This document shows positions 9,993 through 19,763 of a stretch of 64,000 bases of DNA, in pieces. The DNA is from an uncultured Thermoplasmata archaeon. GTDB taxonomy: Archaea > Thermoplasmatota > Thermoplasmata > RBG-16-68-12. The number at the start of each line of letters is the position of its first letter. The first letter of the stretch is position 1. The translations under genes and the position numbers were made by a program. The stretch lies in assembly GCA_963768855.1 (NCBI GenBank), contig CAVYJM010000006.1, positions 1,063,195-1,127,194 of the forward strand, read 5' to 3'. Under the pieces are notes generated by a model, which was given only the letters and a program-made list of their open reading frames with translations, was not told the origin of the DNA and made no database searches.

Positions 9993-10820
9993 CTACGGCT
10001 TGGGCGGGGGCGGGCCTTCCGCGCTCGGCGGGGAATACGGGTACATCGGCCGGTACAACAACGGATAGAGCTGTTCGATCCTCGGCAGGACGGGCGCGGG
10101 CGTCCCGGCTTCGAGGGACCGCCGCGTCTCCCGGTAGGCGAGCCAGAAGAGGAGGAGCGAGATCGCCGAGATGCCCTGGCCCGCGATCGCCGACGCGAGG
10201 ATTCCGGAGGCCAGGAGGTCGACTGTGATCGTGCTCCCCGCGGTGGCCAGCAGGATCAGCAACGGGCCGACGACCGCTCCCACCACGCCCAGGCCGAGCG
10301 CGAACCGCAACCGGGAACGGACCGGCTCGCCGGAAATAGACCCGATCGTCTGCAGGAGCGTCAGGCCGGCGAAGAGGGCTCCCAGCGGCGCCAGGATGAA
10401 GTCGCCCGTGAGGTCCGTGAGGATCGCCTGCCCGGTCAGCCCTGGGGTGAACACGCTCGATGCGGAGAAGCCAGCGCCCACGGCGCTCAAGACAATGAAG
10501 ACGATGAGGAGAACAAGGGCGCGTTCGAGGGAGCGGGACTGTTCGAGCCCGTACTCGTGCCTCCCGGCATGCGCCTGAAAGAATCCGATCAGGAATACGA
10601 TGGCCACCCCCAGCTCCGCGATCTCGATGCCGCACAGCGCGGCCAGGGCGCCCAGGAAGGGGCCGAGGAGGTCCGCTGGGTTCGTCAGGAGCGCGCCGAA
10701 CGCGAGGCCGAATGCGGCCTGGGTGACGCCTTGGGCGATGACCACGACGACCTGAACAAGGAGGGCCCACCCCATGAGCCCAATCCCCTTGATCGTGCGT
10801 CCCTCGTAGACGTAGTACAC
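9993..10820 (-). CDS. Multi-pass membrane protein of unknown function with Pro-rich tail
   Basis: About 6-7 hydrophobic segments; GC3-biased codons; A/T-rich TATA-like site near 10855. Confidence 0.75.
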   Translation of the reverse strand: MYYVYEGRTIKGIGLMGWALLVQVVVVIAQGVTQAAFGLAFGALLTNPADLLGPFLGALAALCGIEIAELGVAIVFLIGFFQAHAGRHEYGLEQSRSLERALVLLIVFIVLSAVGAGFSASSVFTPGLTGQAILTDLTGDFILAPLGALFAGLTLLQTIGSISGEPVRSRLRFALGLGVVGAVVGPLLILLATAGSTITVDLLASGILASAIAGQGISAISLLLFWLAYRETRRSLEAGTPAPVLPRIEQLYPLLYRPMYPYSPPSAEGPPPPKP

Positions 10821-10887
10821 GACCGGCTCCCTCCCGGAGAGGCACGGGGTCTGTATTAATAGCGTGCTGCCGGGCGGGGCGCACGGG

Positions 10888-11079
10888 TCAGCGCGACTTC
10901 GTCTCGGGCTCCCGGATGATCCGCGACGTGAAGTCGATCATGACGATGATGATGACCGTGAAGGCCATGAACGCGAGGGTGATCCACCGGAACCCGAAGA
11001 TCATCCCCGCAGCCACGAACAGGCCCAGGAACAGCAGGATGTACACCACGTAGAGCAGGGTTGGGACGTCGATGCGCAT
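10888..11079 (-). CDS. Small 2-TM protein
   Basis: 63 aa, two hydrophobic helices, gene-like spacing. Confidence 0.6.
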   Translation of the reverse strand: MRIDVPTLLYVVYILLFLGLFVAAGMIFGFRWITLAFMAFTVIIIVMIDFTSRIIREPETKSR

Positions 11080-11215
11080 GGGACCCCTCTCGGCCTTCCT
11101 CGCCGCGACGCAGTCCTCGCTTGGGTATAGCCTTTACGCACGCCGCGGGCCTCATGGGTTCCGCCTCCTCCGCCGTCGTCAACCCTTAAGTAACGTCCGG
11201 CCGTTGCCGCGACGA

Positions 11216-11321
11216 GGGCCCGTAGCTTAGTCCGGTGGAGCGTCTGGCTCATAACCAGATGGTCGCTGGTTCAAAGGGCTCCGCGCGCTCGGCACGGAGC
11301 CGGGAAATCCGGCCGGGCCCA
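11216..11321 (+). tRNA. tRNA-Ile2 (anticodon CAT) with a 32-nt intron (11276-11307) at position 59/60
   Basis: Acceptor GGGCCCG/CGGGCCC-A, D-stem GCTT/GAGC, anticodon stem TCTGG/CCAGA with loop CTCATAA, T-stem GCTGG/CCGGC. Splicing restores TTCAAAT (74 nt mature). CTTAAGTA box ~30 nt upstream. Confidence 0.92.
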
Positions 11322-11327
11322 CTTCTT

Positions 11328-14300
11328 TCACTCGTATTCGGGGAGCTGCGGCGCCACGTGGTTGTGGTTGTTCGAGCCGAGGAGGGAGTCCCGGATCAGG
11401 TCCCGCGCGCCGACGACCTCCTCCATGTCGCCGTCCCACTTCGCGAGGACGGCTCCGAACTCCTTCTCAATCAGTTCGATGACGGTGCGGACCTTCTTCC
11501 GGATCGAGGGCGACTCCGCGCCCGAATAGACCACGGCCAGGTAGACGTACTTCCCGCGCTCGATCAGGATCCGGTAGTCCCCGAAGTCCAGCTGGTGCAG
11601 CTCGCGGTGCTCCCCGTACTGGAACGCCTCGCGGACGAACTCCTGCACCGCGGTCAGCATGCCGCTCAGGACATCCTCGTCCTTCTCCCGCAGGAGCGTC
11701 CGCGAGAGGTGAGAGATGAGGACACCATCCCGGTACACGAGGAAGACCTCCTCGATCTCGACGTGCTCGCGGCGCACGAGGAGGACGATGACCACGGCCC
11801 CGAAGACCGCCGCGACGCCGAGGATCCATAGCAGTGGAGTGATGTCTTCCCCAATGCGGACGGTCACCGGCAGAGATCGGATCGACGCAAGGACGAGGCC
11901 CACGCTGTTTGTATACGAGGCCTCAATGCTGTTCGGGATGTCCGTACCCGCCGCCAGTCCCTCCCCGGCCCGGACCGTGATGAAGATCGTCTCCGTCTGT
12001 CCGGGCGCGAGATCCGTGAAGTTCCAGGTCAGGTTCTGCTGTCCCTGCCCCGGCACGCTCGACGTGAACGAGACGACCGCGAGGCGCGTGTCCAGATCGT
12101 CCTCAATCCAAACGCTGTGTGCGATCGTCATTCCCGCGTTCGCGACCCGGAGCGTATAGTTGAACGTCCCTCCGCTGGCAAGCGTCGCATCACTCGCGAA
12201 CACGCTCAGGACGAGCGTCGGGGCCAAGACGGTCGTATGAACGGTCGCGTTCACAGCAGGCCGAGACAGCAGGGTCGCGTCGAGGAAGTCAAGATGGAAT
12301 CCGAGGTCCGCGGCGGTTCCGTTCGGCGTCGCGGGGCGTGCGCGGAGGTCCAGGGTGAATAGGTTCTGGGTGAAGGGCTGGAGGATCCTGCTGCCGCTGG
12401 CCCAGTGCCAGGAGATCCCGGTTCCTGCGACGTAGGGCAGGACGCCAGAGTTGTCGCCCAGGTAGTCCAGCCCTCCGGGGAGGGTGACGTTGAGCCAAGC
12501 CTGCGCGGCCGCCACGCTACCCTGGTTGTACGTTGAGACGATGAGGAAGAAGGTCGTCCCCGCCTCGACGGCGGTCTGAGTTGGCGTGACGCCGAGCGTG
12601 AAATCTGGGGAAGCGACCGGGATAGAGGCCGCCGAAAGGACGAGGGCCGGGAGCCGGTTCCCGTATGCGTCCTGGGCCTCGAGGCTCCCATGCACTTGGA
12701 GCGGGGCCCGGTCGAGCGCGCTCGGACTGACCGTGAAGTTGAGGAACAAGGTCGTTAGGCCGAGACCTACGCCGGTGAACTTGAAGGAAGGGGCCGAGGC
12801 TGGCCCGGAGAACGGCAGGCTCGAATTGGACACTGTGAGCAGGGGATCGAGGGTCAGGTTGGCCCAAACGTACGGTGCGGCTTCGTTGCCCGTGTTCCAG
12901 AATCGCACCGCGGCCGGCACGGCGCGGCCTGGGCTGGCCTGGCCCGCCAGGAAGGCGACCAAGCCCTGCTCGAACCACGGTGACAGCGCGAGGGACGAGA
13001 CGTTCGTCGAGTCGACGGGCATCTGGTACCCGTTGCTGCTCGTATAATTCACGTCAATTGAGTCCACGTACGACCCGTTTCGGGTCAGCGTGGCTCCCGC
13101 CTTCGCGCGAATCTGGAATGAGAGTCCCGTGCCTGCCGGGACCGGCGCAAACTGGTAGAGCAGTCTCGATCCGAGCTGGGTCAGAGTGCCCCCTACCATG
13201 GAGGCGGTGTCGGAAAGGTAGGCAAAGCCCGTAGGGAGCGTGTCGTTGATCCAGACGGAGCCGGAGTCGTCGCCGCAGTTGTTGAGCGTCACGGTGTAGA
13301 CCACGGTCTCGTTCGCGTGGATCGTCCGGACGGGGAGGCTCGTGAGGGAGACCGTGAGGACGGGTCCGTTGAGGTATACGGACGCGTTCGAGACAAGGGG
13401 TCCTCGAGTGACCGCTCTCATCTGTGAAGGTGAGCGTGGCAGTATCTTGGATCCAGGCCGGCGTCGTGCTGGACCCGGGCACGTTCACGTCGATCTCGAG
13501 GACATGGTTCCCGACGGAGATGTCGGTCAAGGTCCAGTTGTACTGGTTTCCGGATGACGAGGTGTACGCGACACTGCTTGCGATGTAGGTCACCTCGGAG
13601 GGCAGGCTCTCGTTGATCCACACTGTGCCAGCGGAGCCCGTGCCGGAGTTGTTGTAGTAAAGGTAGTAGGCGAACGACATGCCTGCGTGGGCGCGGCCGA
13701 CGGAACTCAGGTCGGAGAAGGAGAAGATCGGGACCGCGACATGGGCGCGGGCCTCCGCGAGGTCTACAACTCCGTTGTCCTCCATCGCCTCCACCTCGAT
13801 CCGGTATTCCCCGGTGACCAGGGGCGGCGAGAGCGTGTAGTTGAGGAGGATCCACGACGGGAGACTCGAGGGGTCTGCGGCGACCGGGCTCATCGGCCCC
13901 GCGGCCGCCACACCTCCCGACGGCGAGGTGATGTTGATCCAGACCCCGGTGATCTTCGAGCGGCCGAACGGGTCAGAGACGTTCGCGAAGACGACGATCG
14001 AATCGAGGGGAGACCACACCGTCGCGTTGGAATACGGGTTCGTGAGTTCGATCTCATCGATCGACACGTACGTCGTTGTCGTGACGTCGAGCCGAGAGGG
14101 GAGCGCCGTGCTGTTGTAGTCGAGCAGGAGGTTGTCCGTGCTGCCACCGCCACCGCCGAAGCTCCAGACGGAAAGACCGACTCGGTGGCCGCTGGCGAAG
14201 CTGTAGTTCAGAGTCCCGAAGGCGAAAGTCACCTGGTGGAACCCCGACGAGGTGAGGGTGAAGCTCGGTAGGATCGAGGCGACCGCCGAGCTGCCGTCGA

Positions 14301-15513
14301 GAAGGCTGACGTTAAGCCGGTAGCTCTGAGGGGGCGCTTTCTGCGTGGAGACCCAGAGGCTCGCCGAGACATCGACGGCCTGGAACGGGCGCGCCAGGCC
14401 CGGTTGCAGGATGAACTGCACAGGCTGTGCGGCTCCCGGATTCAGGGTGGAGCTCGCGGCGGTCGCGCCCGTCGGTGTGGTTGTCGTCAGGAGCTTCGTT
14501 GCCACGGACGTGCCGCCCAGGTACAGTTGCTTCGTCACGAGCCCCACGAGGAGGGAGGCCGCGGCTTGGCGGCCCCGGAACATGGCGCCAGTCTCGTTTT
14601 CGAAGTCGAGGGCGGCCCGCGTCGTCGCAACGGTACCCGGCGGCGTGCCGACCGCGACCTGGCCTGTCATGGTGAAGGAGTGCGGGCCGTTGGGGACGTT
14701 GAGGAACGTGAGGTTCGGGAATGCGACGGCGGACACCGGCTGGAGGCCAGGGAAGCTCGGGGATGCATTCGTGATTGCCGACGACATTGTCGTGTTGATC
14801 CAGACCTGTCGCGCGGTCTGCGTCCCCGTGTTGTTGAAGTTGACGGTGACGATCACGGAGTCTCCAGGGAGGGCCCGCGCCGCGCCCACGGTCATGGCAG
14901 GGCTGACGTTCGCGCTCCACTCCCGCCCGTAGGTCACGAAGTAGAGATCGTACGGCAGGCCCGTCCAGATGCCAGAACTCGGATCGAGGACGGCGGCCGA
15001 TCCGCTCGGAAACGTGTCGGCGTTGCTGTTATGCCACTCGTAGCCGTTCGTCGGCGGTCCCTGAGGCGCGGTGTTCTGGGCGACGATCCAATAGACCGTA
15101 CCAGCCCGGAGCACGGGCGAGGGGCTGAAAGGGAAACTCCAGTTGTCCGGCACCGCCTGGTTGTTGGGGGAGACCTGGGAGGTCGAGGCGAGCTGGCTCG
15201 TCATCACGGGGAAATGCCGCGTCGGGTCGTCGGCGCGAACGGAGACGACGAGGGCGTTCATGTTGCCACCGTCGTTTCGCACCCGCAGCGTGACGTTGGA
15301 GAGGACATAATCCTGCGAGACGAGGACGGACTGGGCGACCGTTGCGCCGCTGTACACGTCGTAGTATGGGTCCCCCGGACCCACGACCGGGTTCGCCTGG
15401 AACACATGTTGCCCGAACGCGCTCGCCGAACCTGCGAGGAGTGGAGCGCCCGAGCCGACCGCCACGAGGCACACCACGGCCACGAGGGTCAGGGCTGGCA
15501 GGCGACGGCTCAC
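11328..15513 (-). pseudogene. ~1390-aa surface glycoprotein (signal peptide, ~6 DUF11-like repeats, TM, cytoplasmic longin/roadblock-like domain) split by one frameshift near 13400
   Basis: GTG start after GAGGT; repeated Y/F-T-x-x-x-x-N-x-G...VW(I/L)N(E/D)xLP units; ORFs 13054-15513 and 11328-13421 join at TFTDESGH/RGPLVSNASV. True lesion versus assembly error cannot be decided from sequence. Confidence 0.8.
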
Positions 15514-15568
15514 TCTACGACCTCTGACACGGGGTAGCGCGGGGGCTTATTGACCCCCACCGAGGCGG

Positions 15569-15625
15569 TTATCCCCCCTGATAATTTTTTACCGAAACGG
15601 TTGACAGAATTATCCGCGGTGATAA
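15569..15625. promoter_or_regulatory. Two palindromic operators TTATC-N6-GATAA (15569-15584 and 15610-15625)
   Basis: Identical arms and spacer length, 41 bp apart, in the divergent intergenic region between the surface gene and lhr. Confidence 0.7.
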
Positions 15626-15673
15626 CTTTTCACGACGCGCACCTTTTTGGCCCGCGACCCCTTGCGAGCGTGG

Positions 15674-18418
15674 ATGGACTCCCTGGGATTGGATCCGCGG
15701 ATCCTCGACGTCGTGAAGGAGATGGGCATCGAGTCCTTCACGGAACCCCAGGTCCAGGCGATTCCCCGCATCCTGGTCGGCTCCAACGTCCTCCTCGTCG
15801 CACCAACCGGGATTGGCAAGACAGAGGCGGCCTTCCTCCCCGTGCTCCACCGCATCCTGACGGAGAAGCCGGAGCCGGTCAGCTGCCTCTACATCACCCC
15901 GTTGCGGGCGCTCAACCGGGACATGCTCCGGCGGATGACCTTCTTCGCGGAGCGCCTCCACGTCACGGTCGCGGTGCGGCACGGGGACACGAGTGCGCAG
16001 GAGCGTGCGCGGATCACGCGACACCCACCCGACGTGCTCATCACGACTCCGGAGACCTTCCAGATCCTGTTCACGGGCCGGAAGCTGCGCGAACACTTGC
16101 GCACCGTGAAGTGGGTCGTGATCGACGAGATCCACGAGCTCGCCTCGGATGAGCGGGGCGCCCAGCTCGCGGTCGGGCTCGAGCGCCTGCGCGATCTGGC
16201 GGGGCACGAGGTCCAGCGCATCGGACTGTCGGCAACCGTCGGGACGCCCGAGGAGGTCGCCCACTACCTCGGTGGCGTGGGGCGGCCCGTCGAGGTGCTG
16301 CGGATCCGGATCCCGAAGGGGATTCATATCGCGGTCGAGGTCGCTCCCCCGCAGACGGGGGACCATGAGATCGGGGACCGGTTGCGCGTGCAGCTCGGCC
16401 AGGCGACCGCCCTGCGCCGCTGCTACGAGCTCCTGAAAGCCCACCAGTCCACGCTCTTCTTCGTGAACACCCGGGACACGGCCGAGTTCCTCTCCTCGCG
16501 CCTCGCAGCCTGGTACCAGGACCCGACCATCGGGGTGCACCACGGCAGCCTGTCGAAGGACATCCGGATCCAGATGGAGGACGACTTCAAGGCGGGCCAC
16601 CTCCGCGCCCTGGTGTGCACATCGTCGCTCGAGCTGGGCATCGACGTCGGAAGCGCGGACTTCGTGCTTCAGTACAACAGTCCACGGGAGGTCGCGCGCC
16701 TCGTGCAGCGCATCGGTCGCTCGGGCCATGGCGTCGGCGAGGTGGCCGACGGTGTGATCCTGGCGACCCACGAGGACGATTTCGCGGAGGCCGCGGTGAT
16801 CGCGCGGCGCGCCCTCTCCGAGGAGATCGAGCCGCTGACGGTCCGCCTGAACAACCGCTCCGTGCTCGCCAACCAGATCGTGGCCACGGCCGTCTCAGAG
16901 CGGTTCGCCTCCGCGGAGACCGTCTATGCGGCCGCGCGCCGGAGCTGGCCGTATCGGGAACTCCTCCGGAAGGACTTCGACGAGCTTCTGGAGCAGCTGG
17001 CGAGCCTCAAGGTGATCTGGTCCCGCGAAGGTCGTTTCGGCCGCAGCTCGAACTCCCTCGCCTACTTCTACGAGAACATCTCGATGATCCCCGACGTCAA
17101 GACGTACCGGGTCGTCGACCTCGGTTCGAGGCGGGTCATCGGCACGCTGGACGAGTGGTTTGTCGCGGAAAACGCGAAGCTCGGGCAGAGCTTCATCATG
17201 CGCGGCACGGCCTGGCGGTTCGTAGACTTCAAGGACGATCACATTCTCGTCGAACCGGTCAAGGAGATCGGCGATGTGCCCTCCTGGGTGGGTGAGGACA
17301 TCCCGGTGCCGTTCGACGTGGCGGAGGAGGTCGGCCGTTTACGCCGAGAGCGGGACCTGTCCCGCTACCCGGTGAACGAGTTCGGCGTCGGGAAGCTCGA
17401 GGAGTACCTGCGCTCCGCCGGCGAGGCGCCCGTGGCGACGGACCGCCGGATCACGATCGAGAACTCCCGCGAGCTCATCGTTGTCAACGCGTGCTTCGGA
17501 TCCAAGGTCAACGAGACCCTGGGCCAGCTCATCTCCTCCCTGATTTCCGCGAGGTTCGGCCAGAGCGTCGGCGTCCAGACGGATCCATACCGGATCGTGC
17601 TCGACGTGCCTCGGAGCGTGAGCCCGAAGATGATCGAGGAGATCCTCCGCCCCACGGACCCCGATGCCCTCGAGCCGTTGCTCCGGGTGATCCTGAAGAA
17701 CTCCGCGTTCCTGCGCTGGTCGTTCGTCTATGTCGCGAAGAAGTTCGGCGCGCTGCGGCGGGACGTGGAGTGGGAAGCCGTCTCGATCCCTCGCCTCCTG
17801 AGGACGTTCGAGAACACGCCGCTCTTCGAGGAGGTCTTGGACAAGGTCTTCTGGGAGCGGATGGACATCCCGAGGACGATCGAGGTCCTCCACCGCATCC
17901 GGCGTGGCGAGATCGAGATCGTCGCGACGCACCTCACTCCGATCGGGCGGGCCGGCCTCGAGGGGGGTCGGCTCCTCGTCTCGCCCGCGAAAGCGGACCA
18001 CGCGACCCTCATGGCCGTCAAGGCGCGCCTGGAGAAGGAGACCGCGACCTTCCTGTGCCTGAACTGCAAGATGAGCTGGCGCGCGGGAGTCAGCGACCTT
18101 CCCGCGAAGATCCTGTGCGCGAACTGCGGCGGGGCGATGGTCGCGGTGATCGCGCCGTACGAGAAGGACCGGCTCGCGCACTTGGACCTGCAAGGCTCGG
18201 ACAAGGAGAGCCGCGCCTTTGCGAAACGTCTCTTCACGAACGCGAGCCTCGTGATGGCCCACGGCCGCAAGGCAGTCCTTGCCCTCATGGCCCGCGGGGT
18301 CGGCGAGGACACCGCCGCCCGCATCCTCCGGGGGTACCACGAGACCGAGGAGGACTTCCTCCGCGACCTCCTCGCGGCCGAGATCAACTACGCCCGGACG
18401 AAACGCTTCTGGGATTGA
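15674..18418 (+). CDS. lhr: Lhr-family SF2 helicase with C-terminal Cys4 motif
   Basis: APTGIGKT, YITPLRALNRD, DEIH, GLSAT, HHGSLS, TSSLELGID, QRIGRSGH, ENISMIPD; CLNC...CANCG. Confidence 0.92.
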   Translation: MDSLGLDPRILDVVKEMGIESFTEPQVQAIPRILVGSNVLLVAPTGIGKTEAAFLPVLHRILTEKPEPVSCLYITPLRALNRDMLRRMTFFAERLHVTVAVRHGDTSAQERARITRHPPDVLITTPETFQILFTGRKLREHLRTVKWVVIDEIHELASDERGAQLAVGLERLRDLAGHEVQRIGLSATVGTPEEVAHYLGGVGRPVEVLRIRIPKGIHIAVEVAPPQTGDHEIGDRLRVQLGQATALRRCYELLKAHQSTLFFVNTRDTAEFLSSRLAAWYQDPTIGVHHGSLSKDIRIQMEDDFKAGHLRALVCTSSLELGIDVGSADFVLQYNSPREVARLVQRIGRSGHGVGEVADGVILATHEDDFAEAAVIARRALSEEIEPLTVRLNNRSVLANQIVATAVSERFASAETVYAAARRSWPYRELLRKDFDELLEQLASLKVIWSREGRFGRSSNSLAYFYENISMIPDVKTYRVVDLGSRRVIGTLDEWFVAENAKLGQSFIMRGTAWRFVDFKDDHILVEPVKEIGDVPSWVGEDIPVPFDVAEEVGRLRRERDLSRYPVNEFGVGKLEEYLRSAGEAPVATDRRITIENSRELIVVNACFGSKVNETLGQLISSLISARFGQSVGVQTDPYRIVLDVPRSVSPKMIEEILRPTDPDALEPLLRVILKNSAFLRWSFVYVAKKFGALRRDVEWEAVSIPRLLRTFENTPLFEEVLDKVFWERMDIPRTIEVLHRIRRGEIEIVATHLTPIGRAGLEGGRLLVSPAKADHATLMAVKARLEKETATFLCLNCKMSWRAGVSDLPAKILCANCGGAMVAVIAPYEKDRLAHLDLQGSDKESRAFAKRLFTNASLVMAHGRKAVLALMARGVGEDTAARILRGYHETEEDFLRDLLAAEINYARTKRFWD

Positions 18419-18729
18419 ACAGCTCCCTCGGGCGTCCAAAAGAAAGGAGAGCCCGAAAGGCTTGGGGACGGGAGGACCGCTCTGCCTCGCGGGCTCGCTG
18501 TGTGGGTAATCGTTTTTCATTCAGGAGAAAGGTCCGTGCCGGCCCCGCGCAGCGCCGCGGTGCCGCATGTGAGCCTCCCCCCAAGGAGCTGAAATGGAGC
18601 CCCCGATTCCGGAAGCAGTGGTTCATCGAGATATGCGTATTTAATCATTCTCCGTTACGCGAGGCCGCGAGTCGCCGGACCTCTCGCCACGGAACGACGG
18701 GCGGGATTACGTTTCCGGCTCGCCTGGAC

Positions 18730-19344
18730 TCATCCAACGCGACCGCGTGCCAAGACGTACATCTCCGCACTCGAAGGGGTCGACGCTTTCGGCTTGACGC
18801 CTTTCACGGCCTCGAAGTGTGCCTCGGCGCGTCGTAGGAAGGCCCGGTAGCCGTCGCATTGGAACACCTTGACGAGCAAGTCGCCTCCGGGTCGCAGGGC
18901 GCGAACCGCGAAGGAGAGCGCGGCATCGGCCAGTTCGAGCGCGCGGGCCTCGTCATAGGACTTGTTTCCGCTGAGATGAGGCGCCATGTCGCTCACGACG
19001 ACGTCGGCGGGTCGGCGCAGGTGTTCGAACAACCTCGCTTGGACGGAGCCCTCCATGAAGTCCCCTCGCACGACCTCGACGCCTTCGATGGGTTTCATCG
19101 GTGCAACGTCGATCGCCAGGACGCGTCCCTTGGCGCCGACCCGTTCCGCCGCGATCTGGGACCACCCGCCCGGCGCGGCCCCGAGGTCGACGACCGCGTC
19201 GCCGGGATGGAACAGGCCGTAGTCGCGGTCGATCTGCGAAAGCTTGATCGCCGACCGGCTGCGGTACTCCTGGCGCTTTGCCGCGCGGTAGTACCGGTCA
19301 TGCCGTCTCGACTTCACCCACGCCTTCGGCACGAGGTGGCCCAT
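18730..19344 (-). CDS. rlmE: 23S rRNA Um2552 methyltransferase (RrmJ/FtsJ)
   Basis: DRYYRAAK..YRSRSAIKL, DLGAAPGGWSQ, VVVSDMAP, KVFQ, SAEMY. Confidence 0.93.
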   Translation of the reverse strand: MGHLVPKAWVKSRRHDRYYRAAKRQEYRSRSAIKLSQIDRDYGLFHPGDAVVDLGAAPGGWSQIAAERVGAKGRVLAIDVAPMKPIEGVEVVRGDFMEGSVQARLFEHLRRPADVVVSDMAPHLSGNKSYDEARALELADAALSFAVRALRPGGDLLVKVFQCDGYRAFLRRAEAHFEAVKGVKPKASTPSSAEMYVLARGRVG

Positions 19345-19377
19345 GTGTGCGGAGGCGATGAAGGTTTGGGGGCACGG

Positions 19378-19641
19378 TCACGCGCGCACGAGGAGCCGCA
19401 CGGGCGCCTCCGGGAGGCGTTCGATCTGGCCGGTGAGCTCGAGATCCCGCTGGACGACCTTCGCGTACCACCGGGCGCGGCTCTCGTCCGGGAAGAGCTC
19501 AGGCGGCACGAGTCGCGACACGCCTTGGAGAAGCTCGTTGAAGCTCACCGGCTTCTTCACGCGGCGGAGATAGGCCAGGATCGCGGCTTCCATCGCCTCG
19601 TACTCGGGTTGTTTCACGGAGAAGCCTGCGGGGGAGCGCAC
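19378..19641 (-). CDS. Small winged-helix-like protein (DUF6958-like)
   Basis: WYAKVVQRDLELTGQIER motif. Confidence 0.6.
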   Translation of the reverse strand: MRSPAGFSVKQPEYEAMEAAILAYLRRVKKPVSFNELLQGVSRLVPPELFPDESRARWYAKVVQRDLELTGQIERLPEAPVRLLVRA

Positions 19642-19763
19642 GACGGAGCCCGCATCCCATCGGGGACTGGCGAATATGAAACCTTCCTAAAGACTGTTCG
19701 ACGGCGGAGCTGCGTGGCCAACGGTCTAAATAGCCCCCGTCTGCTTTCCCGCGGTGTGGTGGC

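Noticed and set aside
8442-10859. Very long overlapping or antisense ORFs (also 27245-29842, 27682-29844, 30639-32753, 24684-26510, 48175-49848, 55400-56998)
   Set aside because: Shadow frames of high-GC3 genes: R/G/P-rich, no motifs, fully overlapping well-supported CDSs.
11250-11252. Calling the CAT tRNA as Met
   Set aside because: The GGGCCCG acceptor stem is the archaeal Ile type; it lacks the initiator A1-U72 pair, and TiaS is present.
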